A stretch of DNA of 64,000 bases, taken from NCBI GenBank assembly GCA_964225175.1, contig CAXQNK010000105.1, forward strand, positions 15,120 to 79,119. The letters run 5' to 3'. Below are positions 47,220 through 57,555 of this stretch, piece by piece. This stretch comes from Nitrosopumilus sp. GTDB lineage: Bacteria > Pseudomonadota > Gammaproteobacteria > Xanthomonadales > SZUA-36. How positions within the stretch are numbered: the first letter of the stretch is position 1; every line of letters starts with the position of its first letter. A program made the translations under genes and the position numbers. A model generated the notes under the pieces. It worked only from the letters and a program-made list of their open reading frames with translations. It was not told the origin of the DNA and did no database searches.

Positions 47220-47332
47220 CGGTCGGGTGGATCATGGCGTTACCCGGGTGAGGAGTTAGCGGTGCCCGGCAGACTTCAGCCAAGTCATATTGCTATGCTT
47301 CAACTATTCGTGCTTGCCTGGAGGGGCTGTCA

Positions 47333-47863
47333 TTGAACAGTGGAAAGTTTAAATCCGGCGATCTTTTTCCCACCCTGGATGTCCGATCATCCGCCGACGA
47401 GCCCGTGGCCATCGCACGACCCGCGGACGGACGGTCTTGGTTGCTCTTGCTGGTTTACCGGGGTCGACACTGTCCACTGTGCACGCAATATCTCGAAACC
47501 CTAACGACCTTTACCGCCCGCCTTGCTGCAGCAGGAATTGAAGTGATCGCGCTTTCCGCAGACAGTCCGAATCAATTGACGGCTCACCTGGAGAATCTGA
47601 ATCTGGATTTTCCGGTGCATTGCGGCCTGACCGAATCGCAAATGGCCATGCTGGGTTTATATCGCTCGGAGCCACGATCCGCGGAAGAGACAGACCATGT
47701 GTTTCCTGAGCCTGGCCTGTTCGTGGTGAATGCCAATGGGCAGACGCAGATCGTTGATATTGCCAACAACCCGTTTACGCGTCCGGACCTTGAAATGCTG
47801 GTTTCCGGATTGGAGTGGCTACGCGAGGGCGGTGACCGATACCCAATTCGGGGAACGTATTAA
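47333..47863 (+). CDS. AhpC/TSA-type peroxiredoxin-like redoxin
   Basis: 176 aa with a TTG start. Contains LLLVYRGRHCPLCTQYL (thioredoxin-fold C-x2-C). Confidence 0.65.
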   Translation: MNSGKFKSGDLFPTLDVRSSADEPVAIARPADGRSWLLLLVYRGRHCPLCTQYLETLTTFTARLAAAGIEVIALSADSPNQLTAHLENLNLDFPVHCGLTESQMAMLGLYRSEPRSAEETDHVFPEPGLFVVNANGQTQIVDIANNPFTRPDLEMLVSGLEWLREGGDRYPIRGTY

Positions 47864-48597
47864 TAGGGGATCGTATTTCCATCCCAGTTCACAAAGCGCC
47901 CGCTCGATTCCGGCACACCATTGAGCACCACGTTTACGATTCGCTCTGCGCTCTTCTCAGCCGTGTAGAGTTTCTCCGGTTTGACATTCCCCTGGAATGG
48001 CCGTGAAAGCTCAGTGTCGGTCGTGCCGGGATGGATGGCCGTCACGCACAACCGGGGGTGTGTTCGGCGTGCCTCGATTGCCAGTGTTTTCAGGAACTGG
48101 TTAAGTGCCGCTTTCGATGACCGGTAACCGTACCAGCCGCCTATTCGGTTGTCCTCGATACTGCCGACCATGGCGGAGAGCACCGCAAAGTGACCCGGTT
48201 CACGCTTTGGGAATAGTGGAAGCAAGGCCTGCGCAACCAGCAAGGGACCGATGCTGTTGACGGCGAACAGGCGAGCAAGGGCATCTTGATGGCACTGCGC
48301 GAGAGACTTTTCAGGCTTAAGATCAGCTTCATGGAGTATGCCCGCGCAGTGGATCACCAAATCCACGGGTGGATTGATCCGGGAAGCGAACGCCCTCACG
48401 GACTCGGGTTGCGTGACATCAAGGCTGAGGCAGGACAGACGCGGATCATCGATCTCTTTCAGGGCCACGGCGGTCTGCGGGTCGCGCGCCGTGGCGCATA
48501 TGGCGCTTAAACCCTCCATGTCCAGGAGTTTTTTGGTGATGGCGAGCCCGATTCCCCGGTTTGCCCCCACGATGATGGCTGAGCTCGGCGTTTTCAT
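47860..48597 (-). CDS. short-chain dehydrogenase/reductase (SDR)
   Basis: 245 aa with cofactor motif IVGANRGIGLA and catalytic motif YRSSKAAL. Confidence 0.85.
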   Translation of the reverse strand: MKTPSSAIIVGANRGIGLAITKKLLDMEGLSAICATARDPQTAVALKEIDDPRLSCLSLDVTQPESVRAFASRINPPVDLVIHCAGILHEADLKPEKSLAQCHQDALARLFAVNSIGPLLVAQALLPLFPKREPGHFAVLSAMVGSIEDNRIGGWYGYRSSKAALNQFLKTLAIEARRTHPRLCVTAIHPGTTDTELSRPFQGNVKPEKLYTAEKSAERIVNVVLNGVPESSGRFVNWDGNTIPY

Positions 48598-49121
48598 TCC
48601 GAAAGTCGCCGAGGGGCGTGGATAAACTCCACGAGTCCGATGGACAAGCTGAACGGCCCTGCAGTGGCATCCGCGAGCAAAAAACCCACCTGGCTGATCT
48701 GGCTCGCATCGATAGGACCTGCCTCGGGCGTTTCGCGACCACGAAAAACGGGTTTGAATTCATCCAGCAAGAGTTCTGTTTCCTGCCAGTCGCGACTGGC
48801 AGGGAGCATTGCCTGCCAGGCGATCCCATTGGGTGAATTCTCCGGGCGGATCCTGAACTGGTAAAACCGCCCGTCCCCCTTGATCCGAATGCGGACCGCA
48901 TTGGTGTCGGCGGGAAGAGGCCCGATTGAGCATCTCGCAGAGGCGAAGCCCCCGTTGTTTTCCAGCGACAGCTCACCCCGGAACAGGAGGTGGTCCTGTT
49001 CCGTATCCAGTTGGCTTGCGGAAACGCCACCCATCACATCGTCGTTGACGACACTCCACTGGTTCTTAGACAAGTCGATCGACACTGAGCTCACGCGCGG
49101 ACCCCCGGACGCCCAGTGCAC
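48594..49121 (-). CDS. CIA30 (complex I intermediate-associated protein 30-like) family protein
   Basis: 175 aa with the motif WSVVNDDVMGGVSAS...GELSLENNGGFAS. It overlaps the SDR gene by 4 nt. Confidence 0.75.
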   Translation of the reverse strand: MHWASGGPRVSSVSIDLSKNQWSVVNDDVMGGVSASQLDTEQDHLLFRGELSLENNGGFASARCSIGPLPADTNAVRIRIKGDGRFYQFRIRPENSPNGIAWQAMLPASRDWQETELLLDEFKPVFRGRETPEAGPIDASQISQVGFLLADATAGPFSLSIGLVEFIHAPRRLSE

Positions 49122-49160
49122 GCGACCTCCACATGGCTCGGCAGTTTTCCTGATGCCGTT

Positions 49161-50597
49161 TCAGTCATGTCGCGATTTATTTGTTTGCAGCGCCGCAAGG
49201 GCACGGTCCCGGCCCACTTTGTGGTCTATGATTCTTTCCGGATATTCTCTGCCCAGCGTGACGCCCGCCTTGCTCAGCGTGCTCCCTGGCGCCTCCCAGG
49301 GTTGGTGAATGTAACGATTGGGCAGTGCCGAGAGTTCAGGGATATAGCGCCGAACATATTGGCCCTCGGGGTCGAATTTATCGCCCTGGAGCATGGGGTT
49401 GAAAATCCGGAAATAAGGCGCCGCATCCGCACCACAACCCGCCGTCCACTGCCACCCCATGGTGTTGCTTGCGAGATCAGCATCGACCAGCGTGTCCCAG
49501 AACCAGCGCGCGCCTTCTTGCCAGGGCTGGAGCAAGTGCTTGACAAGAAATGAGGCGGTAATCATCCGCACCCGGTTGTGCATCCAGCCGGTTTGCCATA
49601 ATTCTCGCATGCCCGCATCGACGATCGGATAGCCTGTCATGCCGGTTTGCCAGGCGTGGAGCTGTTGGGCATCCGGCACCCAGGGAAAATTTTTGTAGGC
49701 GCTGTTGAGAGCGTCCGCGGGCGTGTGTGGAAAGTGATAAAGCAGGTGATACCCGAATTCTCGCCAGGCAACCTCGCTGAGAAAGGTAAACCCGCCCGGT
49801 GAGGAGTCGAGTTCCGCCCGGACGGTCGCGTCCCAGACCTGTCTTGGGCCCAATTGACCGAAATGAAGGTAGGGTGACAACCTTGAAGTGCCATTCACGC
49901 CTGGCAGATTTCGCTCCGCCTTGTATCGTTCCGCATGTTCATTAACAAAAGACTCGAGCGCTTTGATCCCGCCCGCGATGCTGGGGTCCCAAGCCGCTTG
50001 CAGGCCGGCATCCCAATGAATTTTAGGCAGCAAATCGAGCGCGGCGAGATCCAGGCTTCCCAAATCAAGCGTCGCAGGGCTGAGTGTGCGGGTATCGACG
50101 TGGGTCGGGCCGCGCTGAGGCAGGCTGCGCAGGTGTTTCCAGAAAGGCGTAAAGACCCGGAAAGGTTGACCCGATTTATTGCTGATTTCATGGGGTTCAT
50201 AAAGTAACGCAGAATTGAAGGTCTCTACCGTCAGCCCTTCCTCACGGAGCCGTTTTTTCAGCCTGGTGTCGCGCGCGATGATGTCCGGTTCATAACGGCG
50301 GTTCCAGTACACCGTCGAAATAGGGAATTGGTCCGTGATAGTGGACAATACGTTTTCAGCGCCACCCCGCAGAAGCACCAGTTTCAGCCCGAGCCCCGAT
50401 AATTCTTCGGTCAAGCTGGTCAGGGCATGGTGCAGCCACCACCTTGACGCGCCCCCAGGCGCCCAGTCAGCCTCGTCTTCCGGCGAGTGGATGTACAACG
50501 GGATCACGGGTTGGCCGGCGACGGCGGCGGCTTGAAGTGCTGGGTTGTCTTTAACGCGGAGGTCCTGGCGGAACCACACGATCACGTGATCTTTCAT
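49161..50597 (-). CDS. phrB: class I CPD deoxyribodipyrimidine photolyase
   Basis: 478 aa. Starts VIVWFRQDLRVKDNPAL. Also has WREFGYHLLYHFP and TGYPIVDAGMRELWQTGWMHNRVRMITASFLVKHL. Confidence 0.92.
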   Translation of the reverse strand: MKDHVIVWFRQDLRVKDNPALQAAAVAGQPVIPLYIHSPEDEADWAPGGASRWWLHHALTSLTEELSGLGLKLVLLRGGAENVLSTITDQFPISTVYWNRRYEPDIIARDTRLKKRLREEGLTVETFNSALLYEPHEISNKSGQPFRVFTPFWKHLRSLPQRGPTHVDTRTLSPATLDLGSLDLAALDLLPKIHWDAGLQAAWDPSIAGGIKALESFVNEHAERYKAERNLPGVNGTSRLSPYLHFGQLGPRQVWDATVRAELDSSPGGFTFLSEVAWREFGYHLLYHFPHTPADALNSAYKNFPWVPDAQQLHAWQTGMTGYPIVDAGMRELWQTGWMHNRVRMITASFLVKHLLQPWQEGARWFWDTLVDADLASNTMGWQWTAGCGADAAPYFRIFNPMLQGDKFDPEGQYVRRYIPELSALPNRYIHQPWEAPGSTLSKAGVTLGREYPERIIDHKVGRDRALAALQTNKSRHD

Positions 50598-50691
50598 TGG
50601 GAGTGCGCGTCAGTGGAAAACTGGAGTGGGAATTTTACCGCAGCGGCTGCGAGCGTGCCCCCTTTTTAAGAAATGGGTGCAGTCGTCCCTG

Positions 50692-50868
50692 GTTATGATT
50701 CGTGGAAGTCGTTGACTCTCGCTCCAGGTTCACACTTGTTTTCGCGGTATAGCTGAGCCCACATTGCGCGCAGTGGGAGGGGGTCGATATCCACGTGAGG
50801 GCTCAGGCCCAACTGCAGCTTGAGCCGCTCAGTTTCGATGGCCTGGCTGACACTCTGCAGTCTGTTCA
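50692..50868 (-). CDS. small hypothetical protein (58 aa; below the ORF-track cutoff)
   Basis: Hand translation gives MNRLQSVSQAIETERLKLQLGLSPHVDIDPLPLRAMWAQLYRENKCEPGARVNDFHES. The ATG is preceded by GGAGAGGAAATTGTC (a good SD). It is co-oriented with the photolyase and lies 94 nt upstream of it. Confidence 0.4.
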
Positions 50869-51001
50869 TGACAATTTCCTCTCCGATTCAACAGGGTTAT
50901 TTTTTGTCGTTCTTAATTGTAAGACGCCGTTGATGACCAAAAAGTGACAGTGGCGGTCAGCAGGACCGAGTTTGACCGGCAAATCAGGTAAAATCGCACG
51001 G

Positions 51002-51352
51002 ATGTCCGATGCTATTGTCATTCTATGCACCTGCCCGGATGAAAGGGCCGCTGAGGCCCTCGGGAGAGGGTTGCTGTCAGCGCGGCTAGTGGCCTGTGTG
51101 AACGTATTACCCTCTGTTCGGTCTATGTATCGCTGGCACAACGAAATCATGGACGAGCAGGAAGTCCTGCTTTTGATCAAGACGATGAACTCAAGGTTTG
51201 AAAAAGTATCGGCGTGGCTAACAGCGCACCACCCCTATGATGTACCGGAAGTGGTTGCACTGCCCACACAGGCGGTCTCAGCGCCATATCTTGAATGGCT
51301 CGACGCCAGCGTTTCAGGTCCCCAAGTCACAGAAGATCGCCGAGATGACTGA
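51002..51352 (+). CDS. cutA: divalent-cation tolerance protein CutA
   Basis: Trimmed to MSDAIVILCTCPDERAAEAL...LVACVNVLPSVRSMYRW. Confidence 0.85.
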   Translation: MSDAIVILCTCPDERAAEALGRGLLSARLVACVNVLPSVRSMYRWHNEIMDEQEVLLLIKTMNSRFEKVSAWLTAHHPYDVPEVVALPTQAVSAPYLEWLDASVSGPQVTEDRRDD

Positions 51353-53624
51353 CGTGCACAAAATGTTGAATGTGCTGCGGCGTGCACCACTGATTTTGGG
51401 ACTGATGTTTTCTGCCGCCATCAACGCCCAGCCGGTCTCCTTCGATGAAATCCGGGATTATGACGAGGTATTCAGGATTTCTGGTCGGGCGACCGGCCCG
51501 GCCGAGGTAGAAGTCCGCTGGGATATTGCCCCGGATTATTACCTTTATCACAATAAATTCCTGCGTTTTGAATCCAGTACGCCGGGCGTAACGCTCGGGC
51601 AGCCGCAGGTTCCGGACGGCCAGCCGAAGTATGATCCCCTGCTGGGGCAGGAGGTTGTGAAATTCCATGACCAGATGCGGGTTAAGCTGCCGCTGCTGTC
51701 CATCGCGCAGGGCACCACCCAGCTGTCATTGCAGGTCCGCTCCCAGGGGTGCCTGGAGGACGTGCTGTGTTACCCGCCGTCCATGCAGCGTCTCGAAATT
51801 GACCTGCCCGGCGGGTTCGAGGCAGCGCCAGCAGGACTCAGCGGGCTTTTGGGCGAGGTCGCAACGCCCCAGGACACCGTGTTCCAAAGTCTGAATTCCG
51901 CCGTTGCCGTGGATGTCTCGGAAATATTTAAGTTCGAGGCCATTGGGATGGATGCCGCCACCGTCCTGGTCAGGTTTACGCCATTAAGCGGATATTACCT
52001 TTACCGCGATAAATTCGTCTTTGAGATCGAGGCACCGCCGGGCTACCGAATCGAGCAAATCCAGCTTCCGCCTGGCGTGATCAAGGATGATCCGGAGTTT
52101 GGTCCCGTGCCGGTGTATTTCGATGCCATCGAAATACCATTGACCCTGTCAAGGCCCGCAGGCCCCGAGCGGCAGATCACTTTGCGCGCGGAATTCCAGG
52201 GCTGCAAGGATGGAGAAATCTGCCTTCCGCCTCAGTCTGAGCGTATCGAGTTCACCCTGGATGGATCGACCACGGCCGTGCCCGGTGCCGATCGCGCGGG
52301 GCGAACTGAAGTTCCGCAGAGTGAGCAGGATCGACTGGCAGGGCTTCTGACACAGAATCCACCCATGGCGTTGCTGGCCTTTTTTGTCGCTGGGCTGTTG
52401 CTGGCCTTTACTCCCTGTGTGTTTCCCATGGTGCCCATTCTCTCGGGGCTGATTGCGGGCCAGGGGCAGCAACTGACTACGTTGCGCGCGTTCAACCTGT
52501 CGCTGGTTTACGTGCTTGCCATGTCGCTGACTTACACCCTCGCGGGCGTGTTGGCCGGCCTGTTTGGGCAGAATCTTCAGGCCGCGTTCCAGAGTCCCTG
52601 GATCATATCGAGTTTCGTCGCGGTTTTTGTGGTGCTTGCCTTGTCCATGTTTGGATTGTTCGAACTGCAACTGCCGGGACGCTGGCAGACGGCGCTGACC
52701 GAGCGCAGCAACCGGCAGAAAGGCGGTCGTTATGTTGGCGTTGCCGTGATGGGATTGCTGTCTGCGCTCATTGTGGGTCCGTGTGTCGCGCCACCGCTGG
52801 CGGCAGCCCTGATTGTCATTGGCGCCTCCGGGGATGCGATGCTGGGTGGCAGTGCCCTGTTTGCCCTGTCTATGGGCATGGGTGTGCCGCTGATTGCTTT
52901 CGGCGTGTCCGCCGGAAAGTTGATTCCAACGGCCGGGGCCTGGATGGATAAGATAAAAAAGCTGTTTGGGGTCGGGTTGCTCGCCCTGGGGATCTGGATG
53001 CTGGAGCGCATTCTGGCCGGGCCGATCATTCTTCTGTTATGGGGCATCCTGGCCATAGGCTGCGGGATATACCTGGGTGCATTGCAACGACTGTCCGCTG
53101 GCGCATCAGGGCGGGACCGGCTCATTCAGGCGCTTGGCGTGGTCCTGCTGGTGATTGGCATACTGGAATTGGTCGGTGCAGCCTCGGGTGGTGACCGTTG
53201 GACTGAACCGCTGCGTCAGCTGCGGTTGGGACAATCAGACCATGCCGAGCAGGCGCCGGATTTTCTGCGCATCAAATCGGTGCAGGATCTTGAGCAGGCC
53301 CTGAGTGCGTCCGTCGCAGCAGGCCAGGTGTCTTTGTTCGATTTCTATGCGGACTGGTGTGTTGAGTGTATTCGAATGGAGCGGACCACATTTCCAGAGG
53401 AATCAGTGGCGGCTCTAATGAGAGAATTCACTTTAATTCAGGCTGATGTCACTCCAAATGACGAGATCGACCAGGCTTTGATGAGCCGCTTTGGCATTAT
53501 TGGCCCTCCGGCCATCCTGTTTTTTGACCGTCGGGGAGAAGAAATGAGGGCATTTCGCCTGATTGGCTACTTCACGCCAGACGATTTTGCCAAGCACCTG
53601 GAACGGGTCCTGGAAAACGGATGA
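51345..53624 (+). CDS. dsbD: thiol:disulfide interchange protein DsbD with a duplicated N-terminal (alpha) domain
   Basis: Start at MTDVHKMLNVLRRAPLILGLMF (overlaps the cutA end). Two alpha-type modules each carry QGC-x5-C-xPP (SQGCLEDVLCYPP and FQGCKDGEICLPP). There is a TM core (FTPCVFPMVPILS ... VGPCVAPPL) and a C-terminal thioredoxin domain (FYADWCVEC). Confidence 0.9.
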   Translation: MTDVHKMLNVLRRAPLILGLMFSAAINAQPVSFDEIRDYDEVFRISGRATGPAEVEVRWDIAPDYYLYHNKFLRFESSTPGVTLGQPQVPDGQPKYDPLLGQEVVKFHDQMRVKLPLLSIAQGTTQLSLQVRSQGCLEDVLCYPPSMQRLEIDLPGGFEAAPAGLSGLLGEVATPQDTVFQSLNSAVAVDVSEIFKFEAIGMDAATVLVRFTPLSGYYLYRDKFVFEIEAPPGYRIEQIQLPPGVIKDDPEFGPVPVYFDAIEIPLTLSRPAGPERQITLRAEFQGCKDGEICLPPQSERIEFTLDGSTTAVPGADRAGRTEVPQSEQDRLAGLLTQNPPMALLAFFVAGLLLAFTPCVFPMVPILSGLIAGQGQQLTTLRAFNLSLVYVLAMSLTYTLAGVLAGLFGQNLQAAFQSPWIISSFVAVFVVLALSMFGLFELQLPGRWQTALTERSNRQKGGRYVGVAVMGLLSALIVGPCVAPPLAAALIVIGASGDAMLGGSALFALSMGMGVPLIAFGVSAGKLIPTAGAWMDKIKKLFGVGLLALGIWMLERILAGPIILLLWGILAIGCGIYLGALQRLSAGASGRDRLIQALGVVLLVIGILELVGAASGGDRWTEPLRQLRLGQSDHAEQAPDFLRIKSVQDLEQALSASVAAGQVSLFDFYADWCVECIRMERTTFPEESVAALMREFTLIQADVTPNDEIDQALMSRFGIIGPPAILFFDRRGEEMRAFRLIGYFTPDDFAKHLERVLENG

Positions 53625-54172
53625 GACACCGGCTAAGCGCAATGGTCCTTGTGGTGGGCCTGACCGCCCTGTTGGGTGGCTGGTGGTTTAGTGCCTCCAT
53701 GATGGAGCCACAACAGACTCAAGAACAAATACTCAGTTCGCCCGCTGAACTGCTCGGTCAGCGCAGACCCGCGTTTAGCCTGGGCGGGCTGGATGGCCAG
53801 TGGCTGTCCGCGTCCGACCTCGAGGGTACCGTTACGCTCATCAATTTCTGGGCCACCTGGTGTGCGCCCTGCCTGCGTGAAATGCCGATGCTGGCCGAAG
53901 TCCACGAATCTTACAGGGATCAGGGTTTTCAAGTGGTCGGCATTGCCATGGACAACATGGATGAGGCCCGGGAATTCGCGACTGAACTTGAAATTTCTTA
54001 CCCGGTGCTCGTCGGTATGGCAGATGTCATGGCGACAGGTCTTGATTATGGCAATCGCGATGGATTGCTGCCTTATTCGGTGCTCATTGACCGCGAGGGC
54101 GTGGTGCGTTGGACACGTCTTGGCGAAGTGAAGCGCGATGATCTACTGAGTCAAATGCGCCCCCTGCTGTAA
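53621..54172 (+). CDS. TlpA/ResA-family periplasmic thiol-disulfide oxidoreductase
   Basis: 183 aa with an N-terminal anchor and the motif LINFWATWCAPCLREMP. It overlaps the dsbD stop by 4 nt. Confidence 0.8.
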   Translation: MRHRLSAMVLVVGLTALLGGWWFSASMMEPQQTQEQILSSPAELLGQRRPAFSLGGLDGQWLSASDLEGTVTLINFWATWCAPCLREMPMLAEVHESYRDQGFQVVGIAMDNMDEAREFATELEISYPVLVGMADVMATGLDYGNRDGLLPYSVLIDREGVVRWTRLGEVKRDDLLSQMRPLL

Positions 54173-54334
54173 TCTGTCCCCTTGGCGTTTAACACTTTTG
54201 TAACCGAACTGTTGCTATCTTCGTCAATACTGTGGCGAACTGTGGACAAAACTGCTCGCCTCAGGCAGACTCTTGCGTCCTCGCCCTGCAGGCAACAGCC
54301 CGTGGGACAATGAAAGTGAAAAAACGGAGATACC

Positions 54335-54784
54335 GTGACACGCATTCTCGTACTCAACGGACCCAACCTGAACCTGCTTGGGGAGCGTGAACCTGGGCAA
54401 TACGGGTCACGCACGCTGGAAGAGATTCTGCAAGACATGCGTGCATTCGCGTCTGCCTGCGGCTTAACGCTGGATCACGTGCAGAGTAATTCCGAGGGGG
54501 CTCTGGTTGATGCAGTGCAAAAGGCGGCCCGTGACGGTGTGGACTACATCATTCTGAATCCGGCCGGCTATACGCATACCAGCGTGGCTCTGCGGGATGC
54601 CTTGCTGGCCGTCGAGATTCCTTTCATCGAGGTTCATCTCTCTGCCGTCAGTGCGCGCGAACCTTTCAGGCAGCGCAGTTATTTTGCGGACATTGCCCTG
54701 GGGGTGATCAGCGGGTTCAGGGGAGAGGGTTACCTGCTCGCGTTGCAGGCCATCATAAATTGGACCGAACCGGGACGGGAGTAA
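54335..54784 (+). CDS. aroQ: type II 3-dehydroquinate dehydratase
   Basis: 149 aa (GTG start). Contains [21 protein letters not shown] and [18 protein letters not shown]. Confidence 0.92.
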   Translation: MTRILVLNGPNLNLLGEREPGQYGSRTLEEILQDMRAFASACGLTLDHVQSNSEGALVDAVQKAARDGVDYIILNPAGYTHTSVALRDALLAVEIPFIEVHLSAVSAREPFRQRSYFADIALGVISGFRGEGYLLALQAIINWTEPGRE

Positions 54785-54791
54785 GCGGGCC

Positions 54792-55253
54792 ATGGACATA
54801 AGAAAAATCAAGAAACTGATCGAGCTGCTGGAAGAGTCGAATCTCACTGAAATAGAGATCGTGGAGGGTGAGGAATCTGTGCGCCTGACCCGTGGAGGCG
54901 CGCCAACAACGCCGCAGGCACAAGCGGTGGTCGCCGCGCCTGTCACATTGGATGCTGCTCCACCGAGTGCGCCGGTGACTCCCGTTGTCAATCCCGTGGA
55001 GGAAGAGTCCGTTCCCGATGGCCAGCTGGTCAGGGCCCCGATGGTTGGCACGTTCTACGCCTCATCAAGCCCGGAATCTGAGCCTTTTGTCGGCATGGGG
55101 GACAAGGTGGCAGCCGGAGACACCCTGTGCATCATCGAGGCCATGAAGATGTTCAACCAGATCGAGTCCGACTTTTCGGGAACTGTGGTCGCTATCCTGG
55201 TTGAGAACGGCCAGCCGGTTGAATTCGACCAGCCGTTGTTCGTCATTCGCTAG
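54792..55253 (+). CDS. accB: acetyl-CoA carboxylase biotin carboxyl carrier protein
   Basis: 153 aa with an Ala/Pro linker and the biotinylation motif [13 protein letters not shown]. Confidence 0.93.
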   Translation: MDIRKIKKLIELLEESNLTEIEIVEGEESVRLTRGGAPTTPQAQAVVAAPVTLDAAPPSAPVTPVVNPVEEESVPDGQLVRAPMVGTFYASSSPESEPFVGMGDKVAAGDTLCIIEAMKMFNQIESDFSGTVVAILVENGQPVEFDQPLFVIR

Positions 55254-55274
55254 TTCAGACAGGTACCCATCAAA

Positions 55275-56639
55275 GTGGCCATTTTCGAGAAGGTCGTTAT
55301 TGCCAATCGGGGTGAAATCGCCCTGCGAATTCTGCGCGCCTGTCATGCCATGGGAATCAGGACGGTGGCGCTTCACAGCACGGTGGATCGTAACCTGAAA
55401 CATGTGGCAATGGCCGATGAGTCTGTGTGTATCGGTCCGGCGCCCGGCATCGAGAGTTACCTGAATATTCCGGCGATCATCGCTGCCACCGAGGTGACCG
55501 ATGCCGCCGCCGTCCATCCGGGATACGGGTTTCTTGCTGAGAATGCGGATTTTGCCGAACGGGTTGAACAGAGTGGTTTCGTGTTCATAGGCCCGAAACC
55601 GGAAACGATCCGGCTGATGGGTGACAAGGTATCAGCCATCAAGGCCATGAAGGAGGCCGGTGTGCCCTGCGTTCCCGGTTCCGACGGGCCACTGCCCAAA
55701 GAGTTGCCCCCCTGCATGGAGATCGCAACGTCCATCGGTTACCCCGTGATCATCAAAGCCGCTGCCGGTGGTGGAGGCCGGGGGATGCGGGTTGTAGAGG
55801 CCGAGGCCCATCTTGCAAACGCCCTGCAACTGACACGACAGGAGGCGCTCACGGCCTTTGGGGACAGCACGGTGTACATGGAAAAGTATCTTCAGAACCC
55901 GCGTCATATCGAGATACAGGTGATGGCCGATCAGCACGGTAACGCGGTTTATCTCGGTGAGCGGGATTGTTCCACCCAAAGACGTCATCAGAAAGTGATC
56001 GAGGAGGCCCCCGCACCGGGCATCACGGACGAACAACGAGAGCAGATTGGCCTTGTCTGTGTGTCCGCCTGCCATCGAATCGGTTACCGGGGCGCGGGAA
56101 CTTTCGAATTCCTGTACGACGACGGACAATTCTATTTCATCGAAATGAACACGAGGATTCAGGTAGAGCACCCGGTTACCGAGTGCGTTACGGGCATTGA
56201 CCTCGTCCGGGAGCAGATTCGCGTGGCGGCGGGTGCTCCGCTCTCGCTGCAGCAGGAGGACATTCGCATTCATGGCCACTCGATTGAGTGCAGGATCAAC
56301 GCCGAAGATCCCGACACCTTCATGCCGTCACCGGGCATGATCGAGGCATTCCATGCACCGGGTGGGCCGGGCGTGCGCGTAGATTCACATGTCTATGACA
56401 CCTACCGGGTCCCGCCTAACTACGATTCCATGATCGCAAAGGTCATCACGCATGCCGAGAGTCGGGAGGCCGCCATCGCCCGCATGAAGGTGGCGCTGGA
56501 GGAAATGGTTTTGAGTGGCATCAAGACCAACGTCCCCCTTCACAAGTGGCTGCTGTCAGATCCGGGCTTTGTCGAGGGTGGATTCAACATCCACTACCTG
56601 GAGAAGCGCCTGGCGGATCGTGAGGGCAGCGCATCCTGA
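55275..56639 (+). CDS. accC: acetyl-CoA carboxylase biotin carboxylase subunit
   Basis: 454 aa (GTG start). Contains [19 protein letters not shown] and an ATP-grasp core. Confidence 0.96.
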   Translation: MAIFEKVVIANRGEIALRILRACHAMGIRTVALHSTVDRNLKHVAMADESVCIGPAPGIESYLNIPAIIAATEVTDAAAVHPGYGFLAENADFAERVEQSGFVFIGPKPETIRLMGDKVSAIKAMKEAGVPCVPGSDGPLPKELPPCMEIATSIGYPVIIKAAAGGGGRGMRVVEAEAHLANALQLTRQEALTAFGDSTVYMEKYLQNPRHIEIQVMADQHGNAVYLGERDCSTQRRHQKVIEEAPAPGITDEQREQIGLVCVSACHRIGYRGAGTFEFLYDDGQFYFIEMNTRIQVEHPVTECVTGIDLVREQIRVAAGAPLSLQQEDIRIHGHSIECRINAEDPDTFMPSPGMIEAFHAPGGPGVRVDSHVYDTYRVPPNYDSMIAKVITHAESREAAIARMKVALEEMVLSGIKTNVPLHKWLLSDPGFVEGGFNIHYLEKRLADREGSAS

Positions 56640-56655
56640 TTCCGGCTGCCCGCCA

Positions 56656-57555
56656 TTGAGCCCAGCTGCCTACATCACAGCTCGCGTCTGCGTGCAGCGC
56701 CGTTACGTCGAGTGGGTTGAAAGCCTGCTCTGGGAGCATGGTGCCTTGGCGGTGTCGCTCACCGACGAAGCCGATCGGCCTGTTCTGGAGCCGGGTGTCG
56801 GGCAAACCCCATTGTGGCCGGAAGTCGAGGTGTGCGGCCTGTTCGCGAAAGAGGCTGAATTGAACGGGCTCAGCGCTCTTTTTGCGCTTGTGCCGGGGGT
56901 CGAATCGCCAGATCATACGAGCTTTGATCGCTTGGCTGATTGTGACTGGAGCCTGGCCTGGCAGCGCGGACTGGCAGCTATGCCTTTCGGCGACAGGCTT
57001 TGGATCGTCCCCCAGCACCTGCCGCCACCCCCGGGGGCGGAGTGCATCGTCCAGCTCGATCCGGGGCTGGCTTTCGGGTCCGGGACGCACCCGAGCACAC
57101 GCCTGTGTCTCGAGTGGTTAGCCGGACAGGACCTGAGCGGGTTGTCAGTGCTCGATTTTGGTTGTGGATCAGGAATCCTGGGCATCGCTGCGGCGCGAAT
57201 GGGTGCCCGTCAAGTGCTGTGCGTGGACAATGATCCGCAAGCCTTGATTGCCACCCGCGAGAATGCACAAGCCAACGAGGTTGAGGATTGCATCGAGGTT
57301 CGTTCATCCCTGGGGTCCGGAAACCTCAAGGTGGATGTCGTGCTGGCAAACATTCTGTCCGGTACACTCATCGCTCTGGCGCCTCAGTTGTTGGCGTCCA
57401 TGAAAGACAATGCTGTGCTGGTTATGGCGGGTATTCTTGAAGATCAGGGGGCCGCGGTCATGGCGGCGTACGCGCATGACATTCCTGAATTCCGGACGAG
57501 CCGGGAGAATGAATGGCTGTGTCTGATCGGAGCAAAGGCAGTTCGGGCGAAATAA
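56656..57555 (+). CDS. prmA: ribosomal protein L11 methyltransferase
   Basis: ORF 56515..57555 overlaps accC. The TTG at 56656, just after the accC stop, gives about 299 aa. Contains LDPGLAFGSGTHPSTRLCLEWL and VLDFGCGSGILGIAAA. The exact start is uncertain. Confidence 0.85.
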   Translation: MSPAAYITARVCVQRRYVEWVESLLWEHGALAVSLTDEADRPVLEPGVGQTPLWPEVEVCGLFAKEAELNGLSALFALVPGVESPDHTSFDRLADCDWSLAWQRGLAAMPFGDRLWIVPQHLPPPPGAECIVQLDPGLAFGSGTHPSTRLCLEWLAGQDLSGLSVLDFGCGSGILGIAAARMGARQVLCVDNDPQALIATRENAQANEVEDCIEVRSSLGSGNLKVDVVLANILSGTLIALAPQLLASMKDNAVLVMAGILEDQGAAVMAAYAHDIPEFRTSRENEWLCLIGAKAVRAK

